Assembly: GCA_977018835.1 (NCBI GenBank)
Contig: OZ361258.1
Location: 3,348,001 to 3,412,000, forward strand
Direction of reading: 5' to 3'
From: Minutocellus sp. GHC0000111
Taxonomy: Eukaryota
Length of the DNA: 64,000 nt
Shown: positions 1-14,000 of the stretch, piece after piece
Layout: each line of letters opens with the position of its first letter
Numbering within the stretch: the stretch's first letter is position 1
Made by a program: the position numbers and the translations under genes
The notes under the pieces: model-generated
Told to the model about the DNA's origin: nothing
What the model saw: the letters and a program-made list of their open reading frames with translations, nothing else
The model's database searches: none

Positions 1-2282
1 TTCAAGAAAGGTGACTTGATTCTACAAGCCGATTGTCCTAGCATCATCATAACAGACATTCACAAGTACCAGCCCAACAATGAAGGACCAGAATGGCAGC
101 ATCACAACTACCTTTGGAAACCATCGAACCAAGGGTCCTTTGAAGCACTCGCAACTCATGAATCTGTACTGACCTTCGGATCGCTGCCAAACTTCCACCC
201 CGGGCTAAAATCAGCAGGTCCATCCGAAATCGAAAGGTAAGCTCTCACCGTGCAACAATCAGCAAGAAAGATGCGATGTTTTGGTATCTGGTATCTCATG
301 CCACGTGCATCTCATCTTTGCAGGCTTCGCCAAAAAATAACCACTTACGTTTTTGTCATTCTGTCAATAGATACGACGACACAATGTTCAATCGATTCAA
401 GGACCCAGGCGCTGGAGCAACCAGTTACCACATGGGGCATGACTTCGTTGCATCTTATCGGGATGTCGCGGCGAACGAAGAAGTAAGTACAGCAGAGAGA
501 GTTTTTCATATTGCTTGTTCCTGATTCAATGATCCATATTTCATTTTTTTCTGAACCTCCCAATTAACGAAGATTTGTGCATGCTGTTATGAAATTAATA
601 CCACCGTTTTGGGCCTTTTGCAGATATTCGTTGACTACGGAGAGCACTGGCTTGACGCACGTGACAAAGAAGGATTCGATAAGGTACCTCGATCTCATAA
701 TTTCAAGGATGCGGAGGCTATTATCAGCATGATTGTTGAACGTCTACGAGGGGAAACTTCTGCACCGGTGGCAGAATCAATGCTTCACCTGGCTCGGGAA
801 ATCGTCGAGTTTTATAGTGATCGTACCGTGTCGTTGATACCTAATACCATTACTGAACTCGAGGGGCTTGATTTGTCGTCGGACGATTTTCTGGCACACA
901 GCAAGCTCATACATCGGTCTGAGGAGTGGATCAGAACCAACGGCAAATGTCTTGATAACATTTCGCCTGGACGGAGCACTTTGAGCCAAGCTGGTATGGG
1001 TGGATTTGCGAAGCGAATGATAAGAAAAGGAGAAGATGTTGTTCCAGTACCCGTTCTACTTATATCGAATTCCAGCATTCTGAACATGGAGGAAGACAGG
1101 CATTCGAACGAGAATTTGTTCAAACCATTAGAGATTTCTCAACGGAAGCAGCTTCTTTTGAATTATTGTTTTGGGCACGGCAAAACGAAGATGTTGTTTT
1201 GTCCCCAATCCAATGCAGCATTGGTAAATCATTGCAGCGGACGGTCACGATGGGGAGGGCAGTGTGATGAAAGTGGCCCGAATGCTGCCTTGAGATGGGC
1301 AACTGACTGGGACAAGTCCACTGCGGCTACTTTACGACTTGGTCTAGAAGAGATATCAAAGGTGAGTGAGGCACATGCGCCCAATCGTCGCTCACATATG
1401 AGTCTATCAGATGTTTCTCTAATATCCTCCCTTCCCGTTGATATCACTGTATAACAATCAGCAATCGAGCCGTGGACTAACTCTCGAGCTCTACGCCCTA
1501 CGAGACATTTTGCCTGGCGAAGAGGTACGCATACGGAGCATGCTTTTGGTTGTAACTCGATCTTCTCTTGTACATATGTGTTTTCTTTCTCTTTTGAATT
1601 TTGAGTACACATTTATGAATCATTCTTTGCTTCCATTACATACATGTAGTTATTCATTGACTACGGGGAAGACTGGGAGAAGGCATGGCTGGATCACGTT
1701 GAAAACTGGCAGCCGCCTAAACCTCCCAGTGATTTCTCTTCGTATCAAAATTCGGCCGACATCAATATTAGAAAATACGAGTACATTAGATCACTGTCGG
1801 AAGTAAAGAGCAACCCTCTTCCCCCGAATATCATGGCAGGGTGTATTTATTGGGAAACGGACGAAAACGATGTGACTGATTGGATCGAAAGCTTAAACGA
1901 GGACGACATCGAGGACACGGAGTCCTTGGATGACGAGATCATAATCGAAAAGTTTGGCCAGCATGGTGCCAACTATACTCACACAGACGCAAACAAGGAT
2001 CTTGCTGAGTTTTGGCCTTGTGCTGTGTACACAAAGGATGAATCGAATCAAACTGCGGTTGTGCGAATTTTTCAAAACCCAAGTATGGAAATGACAAAAT
2101 GGATGTCAGCAGAAATCCCCCGGCTCCTAACAGATTATCCCATGGAATCGATCAAGTTCTTTCACGGTCCGTACAAATCCGATCAACATCTTCCCAATGC
2201 ATTATGTGATGCCGACGACCTTATTCCAGATCATTGGAAGGAGGAGGAGGATGGCAGTAGCACATGTGCCACCAGTAATTGA
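1..2282 (+). CDS. Multi-exon protein with two SET-like domains (5' end lies outside the window)
   Basis: GT-AG introns at about 237-323, 483-623, 1362-1461 and 1525-1649 join the ORFs. Spliced motifs NFHP...ASYRDVAANEEIFVDYG and NHC...LYALRDILPGEELFIDYG match SET C-terminal signatures. Stop at 2282. Confidence 0.7.
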
Positions 2283-2436
2283 TATAGGAAACATGTACGA
2301 TCGTACCATGGTATGGCAAATTGAAAAATTAAAGTGTAAGGTATTTTTTAGGTGCGACCTTCTCGATCAATTCAATCAATCAACCCTTTTCCCTATCCAC
2401 TTTCGAACTCGCTTTATTACTTTTGCGGAAGTATCA

Positions 2437-4330
2437 TCACCCAAGGAGGTCCTTTGAATACTTCGCCAACATTTTGGGATACTCATTCATACTATCCTTG
2501 TCACTTGCACGTAGACCAATAAATCCATCGGGACGAATGACTAGCATAACGACATCTTTGACCCCGAATGCGTCCACAGTGGATGATTCCAGCAGCCCAA
2601 TCTTGCCATTAAGGGAGGTGAGAGACGGATCCGTGGTGAATGCAAACACCGCATCAAAGACGCCGGCCTGATGCGAGGAGGCGACGAGGTCACCAGCTTC
2701 CTTGTACAGCTCGACAAATTCCGACCCATTCGCACCAGGGCCGCCCAGGAGGAGGACGGTATGACCCGCGCGGAAGGTCAGCTCATGGAGAGCGGCGGCC
2801 TTCCAACCGTCGTCGGGGCAAAGCTTGACAGTATGAGTGTTGGGCATGCGCCCACCCGGTCCAGGCGCGGCCGGGTGGCCGAAGGACGCGTTGCCACTCA
2901 CGATGGAAGAGGCCCCGTATTCCACATTCAGCTCCGTCTTGGACATGACCGCGGTCTTCTTCCTCGTGCCAAGGACGCTCGCAAAGACACTCCGGAGCAT
3001 CTTGTCGCGGGTGGCACGTTGGTTGGGACATTTTATCGTCGTAGCCTTCTCGCTAGCTTCTCCACTTTGGAGAATCATTTGGGCAAACGGACGGCGCTCT
3101 TCGCCGTATGAGTCCAGAAGATGAGGTTTGGCAGTACCCTTGACGACCATTGCCAGTTTCCAACCCAGATTGAAGCTATCTTGAAGGCCATAGTTCATGC
3201 CGCTGTCGTGGATTTGAAAGTAATGTTGGAAAGGTGACCGTAACTTGTTTAGAGTATGCACACATTTGCAATCACAGTAATGCCATACCTAGGTACATGA
3301 AGACCACAAATCATCACATGACTGGTACACGGCCCGACCTGCATTTAATTACTCACTGTCCTTCTGCAGGAGTGCAGGCGTGAGCTGCATCGCCAGCCAC
3401 CAAAACACGGCCAGATGCAGACCGGTATTGGTCGGCAACCTTACTGACACAGCGGAAGTGTGCGAAATTCTGGGCATCGACAAAGGAGATACCTGGCACA
3501 TATTCCCGCAGAACCTCGAGAGCTTCCTCAGCGAGGTCGGACTCCTCGTCCAACGGACGTAGGTAGACCCGTCACTTTTTCCCGGGCAGGGGCGTGAGGA
3601 TGACCGACGTCAGGTGGGATAGGTAGCAGTGGTTGGCCTCATAAGTTTGGCCGGCCTCCTCCCAACCGGCCAGAGTGACGTCGAAGACGGCCCAGGGTTG
3701 CTCAATGACATGTCCTTCGTATTTGATGCCCGCCATGTCTCTCGTTTTGCTCCGAATTCCGTCACAACCGACGACGTAGTCGGCCCGGATTTGGTAGGTG
3801 CTGGTGGAAACGACCTCTCCTGTATCCTCGTCGACCGAGCTTTTCTCAATAGTCGCAACGACGCCCTTGTTGCCCTCCAGAGTTTCCAAATTCACCATCT
3901 TGGACGACCACTGGATCTTTCCGCCGTGTCCTTCCAGGTACTCCGCCAAAAAGTGCTCCGTCCGCTCCTCGCTCAGTCCCAGTCCGTGTCCGAACTTCGA
4001 GTCGTTCTCCTCGAAGCGGTACGTGCCAATGACCTCGCCGGAGCTGTGCATCTTGACCCCTCGGATGTGGACCCCCTCGTCGCAGAACCTGTCGGCGATG
4101 CCCAGAGCGTCCATCACCTCGAGCGTGGCGGTGTTGATGACCGTGGCCCGGTCCCATTCCAGCGGGGCCGGGTTCCGGTCGATGAGGTGGGGGACGACGT
4201 CCCGGCGCGCCAGCTGGCCGGCGAGCAGGAGGCCCGTCGGTCCAGCGCCGACGATTAGGACCGGGACGTGCTCGAGAGCATTCTCTTGTGCTGCTCCGTT
4301 GGTGCTGGCATTAGCAGTGGCGGCCGACAT
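2437..4330 (-). pseudogene. FAD-dependent aromatic monooxygenase (PheA/TfdB/UbiH-like, FAD_binding_3) with an in-frame TGA
   Basis: GAGPTG, DG (VVGCDG) and GDAAH motifs. Intron 3203-3356 restores [29 protein letters not shown]. TGA at 3572-3574 in LPGKK*RVYLRP, where Trp is expected. Confidence 0.8.
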
Positions 4331-4662
4331 TGGATTCAAAAAACAATGCTGCGTAGCGCTGCGTAGCTAAAGTATCCTTCGGTAGACCTCTGCCACGAGG
4401 AACGCAAACAGTAGGCCTACTGTACCACGTAGTACGGCAGGGCAGGGTGGCGTTCTTCAAGCAAGCGCCCATCCGCCTTGCTCTTGCTTCGCTGGAGAAC
4501 ATGAGAAGCGCCATGGCGCGCGCATTGGGTTCGCAGCAAAAGGGAAAGTACACAACACCTAAACATGTATATGGAGATTCCATGTGGCGTCACACAGTAA
4601 CGTCATCCAGAAACATCTCCACGCCGGTGCTCGTCCACAAAACCAGCGAAACCAGCGAAACG

Positions 4663-5401
4663 ATGGTGCTTCCCGTCGTCGCCACCGCGGCCATCCGGAG
4701 GGCGGCCTCGTCCACCCTCCTCCGCCGGAGACCGACCACCGCCTTCCCCTGCTCCGCCCGGGCCCAGGCCCAGGCCCAGCAGTCGCGCAAGATGGGAGGC
4801 GGAGGACAGCCCCAGCCGCAGTCCATGCAGGCCCGCCTCTGGGAGGGACACTCCCCGGAGCCCGAGGGCTGGGAGCCGACGCTGTACGCCACGTACGTGG
4901 TCGGCTTCGGCCTCATCACCCTCGCCCTCGGCTTTGCGCCCGATACTACTATTGCGTCGGTGAGTTTCTTGGTGATTAGTGGGTGTTTGTTGGAGCTTTC
5001 CAAGCACTTGGCCCATGTTTTTCGCCGAAGAGTCCATAATGTGCCGATTGTGCGTGTCATGTGCTCGTTTTTTTCTTTTCTTTTGCCCCCCGGGCATGAT
5101 TTATCATGGCCACCCCTATTCTCACAAACTACATCCCCACAATATTCACACCTACTCGATCCTTGCTGCACAGTGGGCCAACAACGAGGCCCAGGCCCGA
5201 TTGGACCTCCAGGCGGCCGGCAAGCTCGAAAAGCCGGAGTTCGGAACTCTTTACAACACCCCCGAGGGTACCGGAGTTGCCAGCGATTGGGACGACTTTA
5301 TGACCAAGGCGATCAAGCCCGGTGAAGATGACGACGATGATGATGAGGATGATGACGACGAAGACGACGATGAGGAAGACGAGGACGAGGATGACGAGTA
5401 A
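4663..5401 (+). CDS. NDUFB11: Mitochondrial complex I ESSS subunit (NDUFB11-like) with acidic tail
   Basis: Arg/Ala-rich presequence, EGWE motif, one TM helix, then PDTTIAS|WANNEA across intron 4960-5173. Confidence 0.75.
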
Positions 5402-5867
5402 AGAGACTGCCTAAACTCTCAAGGGTCGGAGGTCGGACACACCAAGCCGGCCTCTTGACCCACAGCCTCTCATGTCACCAACCACCTCAAATCATTAGCA
5501 ACAGCATATAGCTTTTCAAGAATGTAAGACTAGTTTATTTACAAAAGAGGATTGTTGAATTAGGAAGTACATTTCATTCGAAGAAGGTGCAGTGGCGAGA
5601 AGTTTCGAAGAAAATCGAGCGAAACCCATCGGTAGCTACTATTATGGAGCACTACCATGGTAGAGAGAGAATAGACTAGCAAGACAGCCACTACCAGTAC
5701 AGCAAACATTAGCTCGTAATTTGGTCGGCTAGGTGTCAATTAAGTGTGAAAATTGCCGTCCGATGCTTGTATTCTATGTTGTATATGCAAATAAACCCAT
5801 TCAAGTCACTCTCCTTCTCCGTTATTGTCAAGAGAGAAAATCTATCTCTTCTTCGCGTAGCAGCAGG

Positions 5868-7066
5868 TCACCGTCGAAAGCCACTTGCGGATGCAGTCGC
5901 GTGAACGAAATGCTCGGACGACCCTCCCACCACAACGGACGAGGCCGATGGATGTTGAGGCATGTGCATGCCGTTGCCGCCGTAGATACCGTAGGCGTTG
6001 TTGGTGCCGGTGTTGGTCTGCGGTGGTCCGTTGCCGTACAGTCCGTTGGCATGCGTCGGTATCGGTATTTGATGCTTGTGGTGCAGGTGCTGCTGTTGTT
6101 GGCCGACACCGATGCAGTCGGTTTGGGGATTTACCGGTATCGTATGATGCACATTCTGCTGGACCATGGGAACCTGGTGGTTGTGATGCGCCAATGGAAA
6201 TGACGCATGGGCCGTCACGGAGGGGAAAGGAACCTGTTGCTGCTGTACGTGATGCGGAGGTACCATCGTTGGTTGTTGCTGCTGTGCCTGGAAGGGTGCT
6301 AGTGCATTGTTCGGAAGCGTCCCTTGGTGCGTATGTGCCGGTGCCTGATGGACCTGGAAGGTGTCCGGGAGGAATTGGGAGGACCCTCCACCGGTTGAGA
6401 CTGCTGCTGCGGCCAGGGGTTGCTGATTCTCTCCGGCATGAACGGCCAGCTCGGCACGGTACTTTTGGAACACCTCGGAATCGACGTGCAGACTAAAGTT
6501 GATTCGGAACAGAAATTCCACCTCGAGGCTGTTCATCTCCGATATCAGGACGCCTCCAACCTTGGCGTAGTAGGCGTTGTTGTAGTACGCATCGTCGAAG
6601 AACTTGGCAGCCAGAAGGACGGCTGTAATGACCACTCGATGAACATTGAGATCGGTCAGAAGGAAGTTGTTCCTTTGGATGAGACGATCAATGTAAATCA
6701 AAGCTAGGACGAAGCACTCGGTAGAACAAGACGCATATTTGTGGATACTGTGGTGGCAGCAAGGGTTAGGAAGGTATTGCTTATGGTGAGATAATAGCCT
6801 TGAAAATAAATATAGTTGTATATCGATATCTCACGTCAGGAACAACACACCACGAGACATCAACCAATAAGAGAAAAATAAACAACGTACCGCTCGAGAT
6901 ATTGGTGGATGCCAATCCCAGGAGCCTTGAGGGCGTGGAACTTGGTCACCTTCCCCGGATCGGTCTGGGCCAGGAGGGAGTTGGCGCCAATCAGCCGCTC
7001 AAGGACGGCGGCGAGGATACGGACGACGCTCTCGCCCTCGGTGATTTGCTCGGGCGTGGACTCCAT
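5868..7066 (-). CDS. PHO80/U-type (P-type) cyclin with Gln/His-rich tail
   Basis: Intron 6748-6890 gives [26 protein letters not shown], followed by [32 protein letters not shown] and [10 protein letters not shown]. Confidence 0.9.
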
Positions 7067-8130
7067 ATTTCTCTCTCGTCTATCGATGCAACTCGAATCG
7101 AAGGGGATGTGTGAATGTCTTGATTTTGTCTTATCTCCGGACGTCTGTCGCGTATCGATCGATGTCCAGCAGTCGTACTAGTATTCGTCTGGCGGAAAGT
7201 AAGGGGCTGGGTTGATGCACTTGCTTGTTCTGCTTGCTTGACGGATGTAGATGGGAGACCCTCCTCGGAAGGAGTGGTATTTAGAGGATTCCTCTTGTGC
7301 GAAGTGCTTTACAAAGAAAGGTTTGGCATGTTGACTTCTTCTTGCTTTTCGTACTTCTTCTGGGTATCTCTCCGCTCTTTTGGAGGAATGGGTTATGTAC
7401 GTAGGTAGGTGGAGGAAGAATTGTGTTCCTCGAGGGTTTGTTCGACCTACCGTGTCACAATTTGGAGAAGAAAGAGCACAGAGTGCAGATACGACGTGAG
7501 TATTGATGTGTGATGGTGGCGTCGCCTCTTGTTTGAAAGAATAAGTCGAAATGGGCTTATGCTCCTCGACCTGCCAGAACAGTCATGCCATGCACAACGC
7601 ATGTGCTGCTTGCTGCGAAAAACGTCACGGACGGCCCAATGGGAAGAAGGTCGAGAAAATCGACGCAAGACAAACCAGAGGACGAAATTTTGCATCTGCG
7701 ATGGAAGCAACACTATCGGACTTACCTGAAGCCAATTGCCTGCTCCGATTAACCCTCTGCGTCCAACAAATGTGGGAGAGAGGGATACCCGAAGCTGCTC
7801 AACGTCCAGCGACAAAGAAGTGGAAATTCAAAGGTGGAAAACAAATTCTGATCGCAGTTTGGCCTGTCCGTCACCCGTTTTGGTCCCGTTGTTCGTTTCG
7901 TGATTCCCCGTGGAATGTTCTTTCCTTCGTTCGACATCACAAACAAAAGGGAAAGGTTGAAAAAGGGGAAAAGTAAAAAGAGAAATCCTTCGACTGACGC
8001 ACATCACTCGGCGGCCATCATCAGAGAATAGAGCCTGGTACATTCAGAGCAATATCTGGTATTGCTCTACCAACAAAGCACATAAGATAGACCCAAACAC
8101 GCCAGCTAGCCTACATATTGACAATAGATC

Positions 8131-10361
8131 ATGAAGGTTGCGCCAATGTCTCTCTTCTTTGCGACGATGGCGGCGCACATGCAGCGCCATGGGTCGGCAC
8201 GTGCCTTCTCGGCGCTTTCCACACATGCCATGACGGCATCTCGTGCTGCTTCTGCCAGTACTAGTATCAGTGGTGCTTCTGGTGAATCGGCGCGTTTCTA
8301 CTCTGCAAGACAATCGGTTGCTCTCAAGGCTGCCGCCGCTGCGACTGCCGAGGCAGTAGAGGCCGAGGTCGTCGAAGAACTTCCAACCAACGAGAACGAC
8401 AACGAATTGCTCAAATTGCGCCACTCCTCGGCCCACGTGATGGCCATGGCCGTGCAGGAGGTATTCCCCGAGGCGCAGGTGACCATCGGCCCGTGGATCG
8501 AGAATGGCTTCTACTACGACTTTTACTTTCCGGAAACGACCGATCCGGAAACCGGCGAAACCGTCCCGTCGCGCAAGCTGACCGACCAGGACCTCAAGCA
8601 GGTCAAGAAGCGGATGGACAAGATCATCGGGAAGAACTATCCCATCGAACGCGAAGAGGTGACGCGCGAGGAGGCCAAGCGTCGCATCGAGGAGATTGGC
8701 GAGCCGTTCAAGCTGGAGATTTTGGACTCCATCAAGACCGAGCCCATTACCATCTACAAGATTGGAGAGGAGTGGTGGGACCTGTGCGCCGGACCCCACG
8801 TCGAGAGCACCGGCAAGATTCCCAAGAAGGCAGTCCAGCTCCAGAGCGTGGCCGGTGCCTACTGGCGCGGCGACGAGAATCGCGAGATGCTCCAGCGCAT
8901 CTACGCCACGGCGTGGAAGGACCCCCAGCAGCTCAAGCAGTACAAAAAGATGATGGAGGAGGCCAAGAAGCGCGATCATCGTGTTTTGGGCAAGAAGCTC
9001 GATCTGTTCTCCATTCAGGTGAGCTATTGTGTTGTGTTATTATGATGCGCTGTATTGCGTGTTGCATGTTTGAAATGTATTGTGTGAGTATATTACACGC
9101 AAAAAGGCTCTACGAATCCTAATGTTAATAATTGCTACTCTTCAATGATAATCATCGAGCACAGGAGGACGCCGGTGGAGGTTTGGTCTTTTGGCATCCC
9201 AAGGGATCGGTCATCCGTCGCAACATTGAGGACTTTTGGAAGGCCGAGCATGCCGCCAACGGATACGACATTGTGTACACCCCTCACATTGCTAACCTGA
9301 ACCTTTGGAAGACATCGGGACACAATGACTTTTACCGCGACGGCATGTTCCAGCAGATGGAGGTCGAGAACGAGGAGTATCAGATCAAGCCGATGAACTG
9401 TCCCTTCCACTGCCTCATGTACAAGGACGAGCTGCGATCGTACCGCGATCTGCCCATCCGATGGGGTGAGCTGGGCACCGTGTACCGCTACGAGCGATCG
9501 GGTACCCTTCATGGTCTGATGCGTGTCCGTGGCTTCACTCAGGACGATGCGCACATTTTCTGCCTGCCCGAACAGCTGGAGGATGAGATCGTGGCCGTCT
9601 TGGACCTAACGGAGACCATCCTGTCGCGTTTTGGTTTCGACAAGTACGACATTATGCTTTCGACTCGACCGGAAAAGTCGGTCGGCTTGGATGATATTTG
9701 GTCCGAGGCCACCAAGGCCCTCGAGGGTGCACTCAAGAAGAAGGGTTGGGAATACGGAATCGATGAGGGCGGCGGAGCCTTTTACGGTCCCAAGATCGAT
9801 CTGAAGATCCGCGATGCCATCGGCCGAACGTGGCAGTGCTCTACTGTCCAGTGCGATTTCAACTTGCCCGATCGGTTCGGTTTGGAGTACGTCAGTGCTG
9901 AGGGTACCCGCGAGCAGCCCATCATGGTCCATCGGGCCATCTTTGGCTCCATCGAGCGATTCTTTGGCATCCTCGTGGAGAACTGCGCCGGCAAGTTCCC
10001 CTTCTGGCTGGCACCGGTCCAGATGCGCCTCCTTCCCGTGACGGATGCCGTCAAGGATTACTGCGATGATGTTGCCAAGAAGGCCCAGCGATTGGGCCTG
10101 CGAGTGGAGGTCGATCGGGGCAACGAACGTTTGGGCAAGCAAATTCGTAATGCCGAGAAGGAGCAGGTCCCCATCATGGCCGTTGTTGGTATGAAGGAGA
10201 TGGAGACCGGCAAGCTCACTGTCAGAAGTAAGAACCTGGGTGATTTGGGTCTGTTTGATGTCGATGCATTGCTCGGTGAGCTCACCAGATGCTCCGAGTA
10301 TGCTGAGGAGATGTCCATGATGGGCGACAAGGAGGAAGCTGAGGAGAAGTCTGAGGAGTGA
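8131..10361 (+). CDS. thrS: Threonyl-tRNA synthetase, organellar (bacterial/plastid type)
   Basis: [45 protein letters not shown] and [11 protein letters not shown] motifs. Intron 9019-9164. N-terminal targeting extension with ARAFSAL. Confidence 0.95.
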
Positions 10362-11084
10362 GAGTGTTCTAATGGTACAATATTTGCTGAAAATAAAATG
10401 CTGAATTAACGCCTATTGAATACCATGCCAATCAGGGTACAATTGTATCTTTGCACACGACTTATTCCTGCACGGACATTCCAATATTATTGATTGATCG
10501 ATTCATTCATTCTTCCGACCCCAGGTAAAATCTCCGGGTTACCCCTTCAGCAGCAGCAGCCCACGGCATCGCGTGTCTCTTCCATGATCACACAATTTTT
10601 CCTTCCGCCGGTATCGCATCGGTCGAAGGGCTACCTTACGCGTAGACAGGAAGGCCAACCAAACGGGTTGTCTTTGTTCCTGTAAAGTTGTGCATTTTAG
10701 AGGTTGCGACAGTCGAAGCATCGTCCATTCCCCTTTTCGTGTGGGTCTTTTTTTGAAGAACCGGCACATTAATTAAATTCATCTACGTGTCAGTCAATAA
10801 GAAGCCGGAGAGAAGGGACAACGGTCTATCTCATCCGCTCTTTGACTTACTTGCCCGCTACAATACCGGCCTCCAATTCGTTCGTGTCTGTCAGGAGATA
10901 CGGCCTCGAATCTTGTCGCGAAGAAGATTCTTGCGTATCTCTTTTGTCAGACCAAAAAATAACCTGAACCTGCAGTTCGCGGGATCACTCATTCATCCTC
11001 CAGTTCAAACGTCAAGTCGACTGCTGAACCCCCAGCGCAGGTGCTTACTACCACCTTCCCAATCTACCAATCGGAAACCAAGCC

Positions 11085-14000
11085 ATGGCCGAAGAGCAAT
11101 CTCCCGGCGATCTGTTCCGGCAGCGTCGCCAGCAGAAGCAGCAGCAGTCGCAGCCGTCGTCTCGTCGCGGTGGAGGCGACCGAGGAGGAGGCGGTCGTCG
11201 CGGTGGAGGCGGAGGCAGCCGTCACGGAGGTGGCAGCAATCGCGGTAGTGGTGGCCGTGGTCCCTCCGGACCCCTCGAGCAGGGCCGCATCGCCCGGCTG
11301 TGCGACAACTTTGGCTTCATCTACTGCGCCTCCCGTCCCGCCGACATGTTCTTTCACTACTCGTCCTTTCGGCAGGGCCATGCCAGTGATCTGAACGTGG
11401 GCGACGAGGTCGAGTTTCGCTTCGAGCAGGACCGACGAAAGGGCGATGGGGGGGAGGCGGCATTCGACCTGCGGCTGTTGGAACCTGGTACGGTGATTTG
11501 GGAGGATTTGGTCGAAGAGGAAGGAGTGCGGACGAGGGGTGTGGTGGAACGGCCGGCGTATGCTGGCAGAGGTGGTGGAGATCGGGGTGGTGGTGAGAGG
11601 GAGGGTACCATTCGCATCCTGTTGGAAGATGGCGAGGACGAGGAATCCGGCAATAAGAATGGCGACAACAATGAAAATGGTGACGATGACAATGACAATG
11701 GTGAGAAGCAAAAGCCGCAGGGTGCGCTCATTCGATATTCTGCTTCGGATTATCAGCCCAAGCAGGTTGAGGATGATGACGACGACAACCAGGGTAGCAG
11801 CAAGGAATACTCCAAGCAGGATTTCCGTTCCAGCAAACCCTCTTCCAACGACAAGCTGTCCCGCGGTGACATCGTCGATTTCATTCTAGTGTCCAACCGC
11901 CGCTCCCAGCTCAAGTATGCCCGAGAGATTGGCATGATCCAATCCGAACGAGAGCGATGGGAGGAAGAACGGGAGGCGGCTCTGTTGGAATGCGCCACGG
12001 AAGAGCAGGGCGTTGTGGTCGGTCTCAAGCACCAGTATGGCTTCATTCGATCCAATCGACGGAGAGAGGAAATTTATTTTCACTTTAGCAGTATTGAGTT
12101 GCCCGATCATGACGACGATGATGACGACAACAACAACGAGGAGGAGGAGGAAACGGAATACACTCTGCACGAGGGTGCCTGCCTTTCCTTCATGGTGGTG
12201 GACGAAGGCAACCTGCCGGAAAAGTACCGCAATCGACCCGGCGGCCGAGGAGGAGGAGGCGGCGGTGGTCCTTCAGGTGCTGGAAAGATCAGCGCGCGAT
12301 CCGTCCGCTTTCTTCCCGAGGGCAGCGTCAAATTTCAGCATGTGTTGGCCAGAGGCGTTACCGGCCGAGTTGTTTCGAGGCCCATTCCACCGCCGCCACC
12401 GCCTCCCGGTGCCGGCCGGGGTGGAAGAAAGGCCGACGATGCATCGATGATGGGAGGGATGCCGGGCAAGGTCCATTTGGAGGTGCCTATTGAATGCAAG
12501 GATCCAGAGGTTCTGCAATTGCTCTGCAACGATAACAGTGACTCTCCCAAGGATGCTCTGCAGATCGTTGATGTCGACCTTCCACCAGGACTGTCACCAG
12601 GCGGTACCTTTGCGGCTACTCGAGATGGATCTCGTGTTGCAGTGTGGGTCCATGAAATGGATAAGCTGCTCTTTGATGTCGTCGTGGACTGCGTCGATGG
12701 GACCATCAGGGTGGAGCCGACGATGTACTTGGTACCCATGTCGGAGGTTGACGGTGCCACCAAGGGCCAAGATGGAGAAGAAGAGGAGACAACGTCCAAT
12801 GGCAAGGAAGGGGACAGCACCAAAGGCAAAGGCAGGAAGAAGAAGAACAAGAAGCCCAAGGCGGCCGTGAAACTCATTTCACCCTCGCTCACAGGCCGAG
12901 CCGAGGGCATCGTTCATCTCGTCAAGGATAATTTCGGCTTTATTCATCTTGCCGAGAGAAACGCCGATGCCTACTTTCGTCTCTACGATATCTTTCCTTC
13001 AGAAACGAACGCCGATATTGTCCGCTTCGGTCGCAGCGAGGCGGGCACCTACGACCCCAATCAAAAGGAGTTTACTCCACCAAAAATCACCGCAGGAACG
13101 GAAGTCTCCTTCGACATCTTTGTTCAGCCCGGCGGCGTCCAGCAGCAGCCAACGTATGGCGGCCGCAACCGTCCCGGCAACAGCCGAGAAAATGTCAAGG
13201 CGATCAGGCTTGCCGTCCTCCCTCCCGGAACCATCGTTCAAAGCAAGACACTGGCATCCGGTGTGCGGGGTGTCGTGAAAAAGGAAGATGCCAAGCAGCC
13301 CTTCGCTGGAACCATCGAACTCGAAGAGCCCGTCCTACGCATGTCTGCCGAAGATCGGCACCCCCTTGTCGCGAAGCTCCTCGAAGATATCGAAAATGAT
13401 CCCAGAGATGATGCTTCGGTCGTTTTTCACCACTTGGAGAGTGTCCAGGAGAATAAAGTGGTCGAGTCCATGGTCCGTGCACTACAGGGGAAGCTCTCGT
13501 TGGAATATGTTCCTTCAACAGGTGGAGTAGTAGATGATAAGAATCCCGGCCGTCTCCGAATTTTCAAGGCTCCCAAGGTCGATGCTGATGCATCCACTGC
13601 TGACAATGGAGATGACTCAGCAGAAGATACCAAGGATAATGTCCAGAACATCAACGACGAGGAGGAAAATGGTTCCGGCGATGCTGATGTCGATGTCGAC
13701 GAAACTGAGAACGAAGCCGAGGGCAAAGACAAGTCGAATCAGAGGCAAAAGAAGGCGAAAGAAATCACCACCGTGCGCTATGATAAGCACAGCCTACCCA
13801 ACGATGAGGTCTGTGACCCGCCAAGGTTGGACGATGTTATTACTTGCGATGTGGTGCAGTCTCGCAGAAGTGGTGCGATATCCGTCACAAATGTGAGAAT
13901 TGTTGAGCGCAAGAGCAAGATACGAAGCCACGGTGCAGGCAAGGGCAACGTTGGCGTTGTCGCCGATGTCAATGAAAACCGCCACTTTGGCTTCATTGAC

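Noticed and set aside
5325..5400. (GAY/GAR)n microsatellite-like run
   Set aside because: It simply encodes the acidic tail of the ESSS subunit.
8044..8979. Long antisense ORFs over ThrRS, PP2A-A, ubiquitin and ankyrin genes
   Set aside because: Shadow ORFs caused by codon bias of the real genes.
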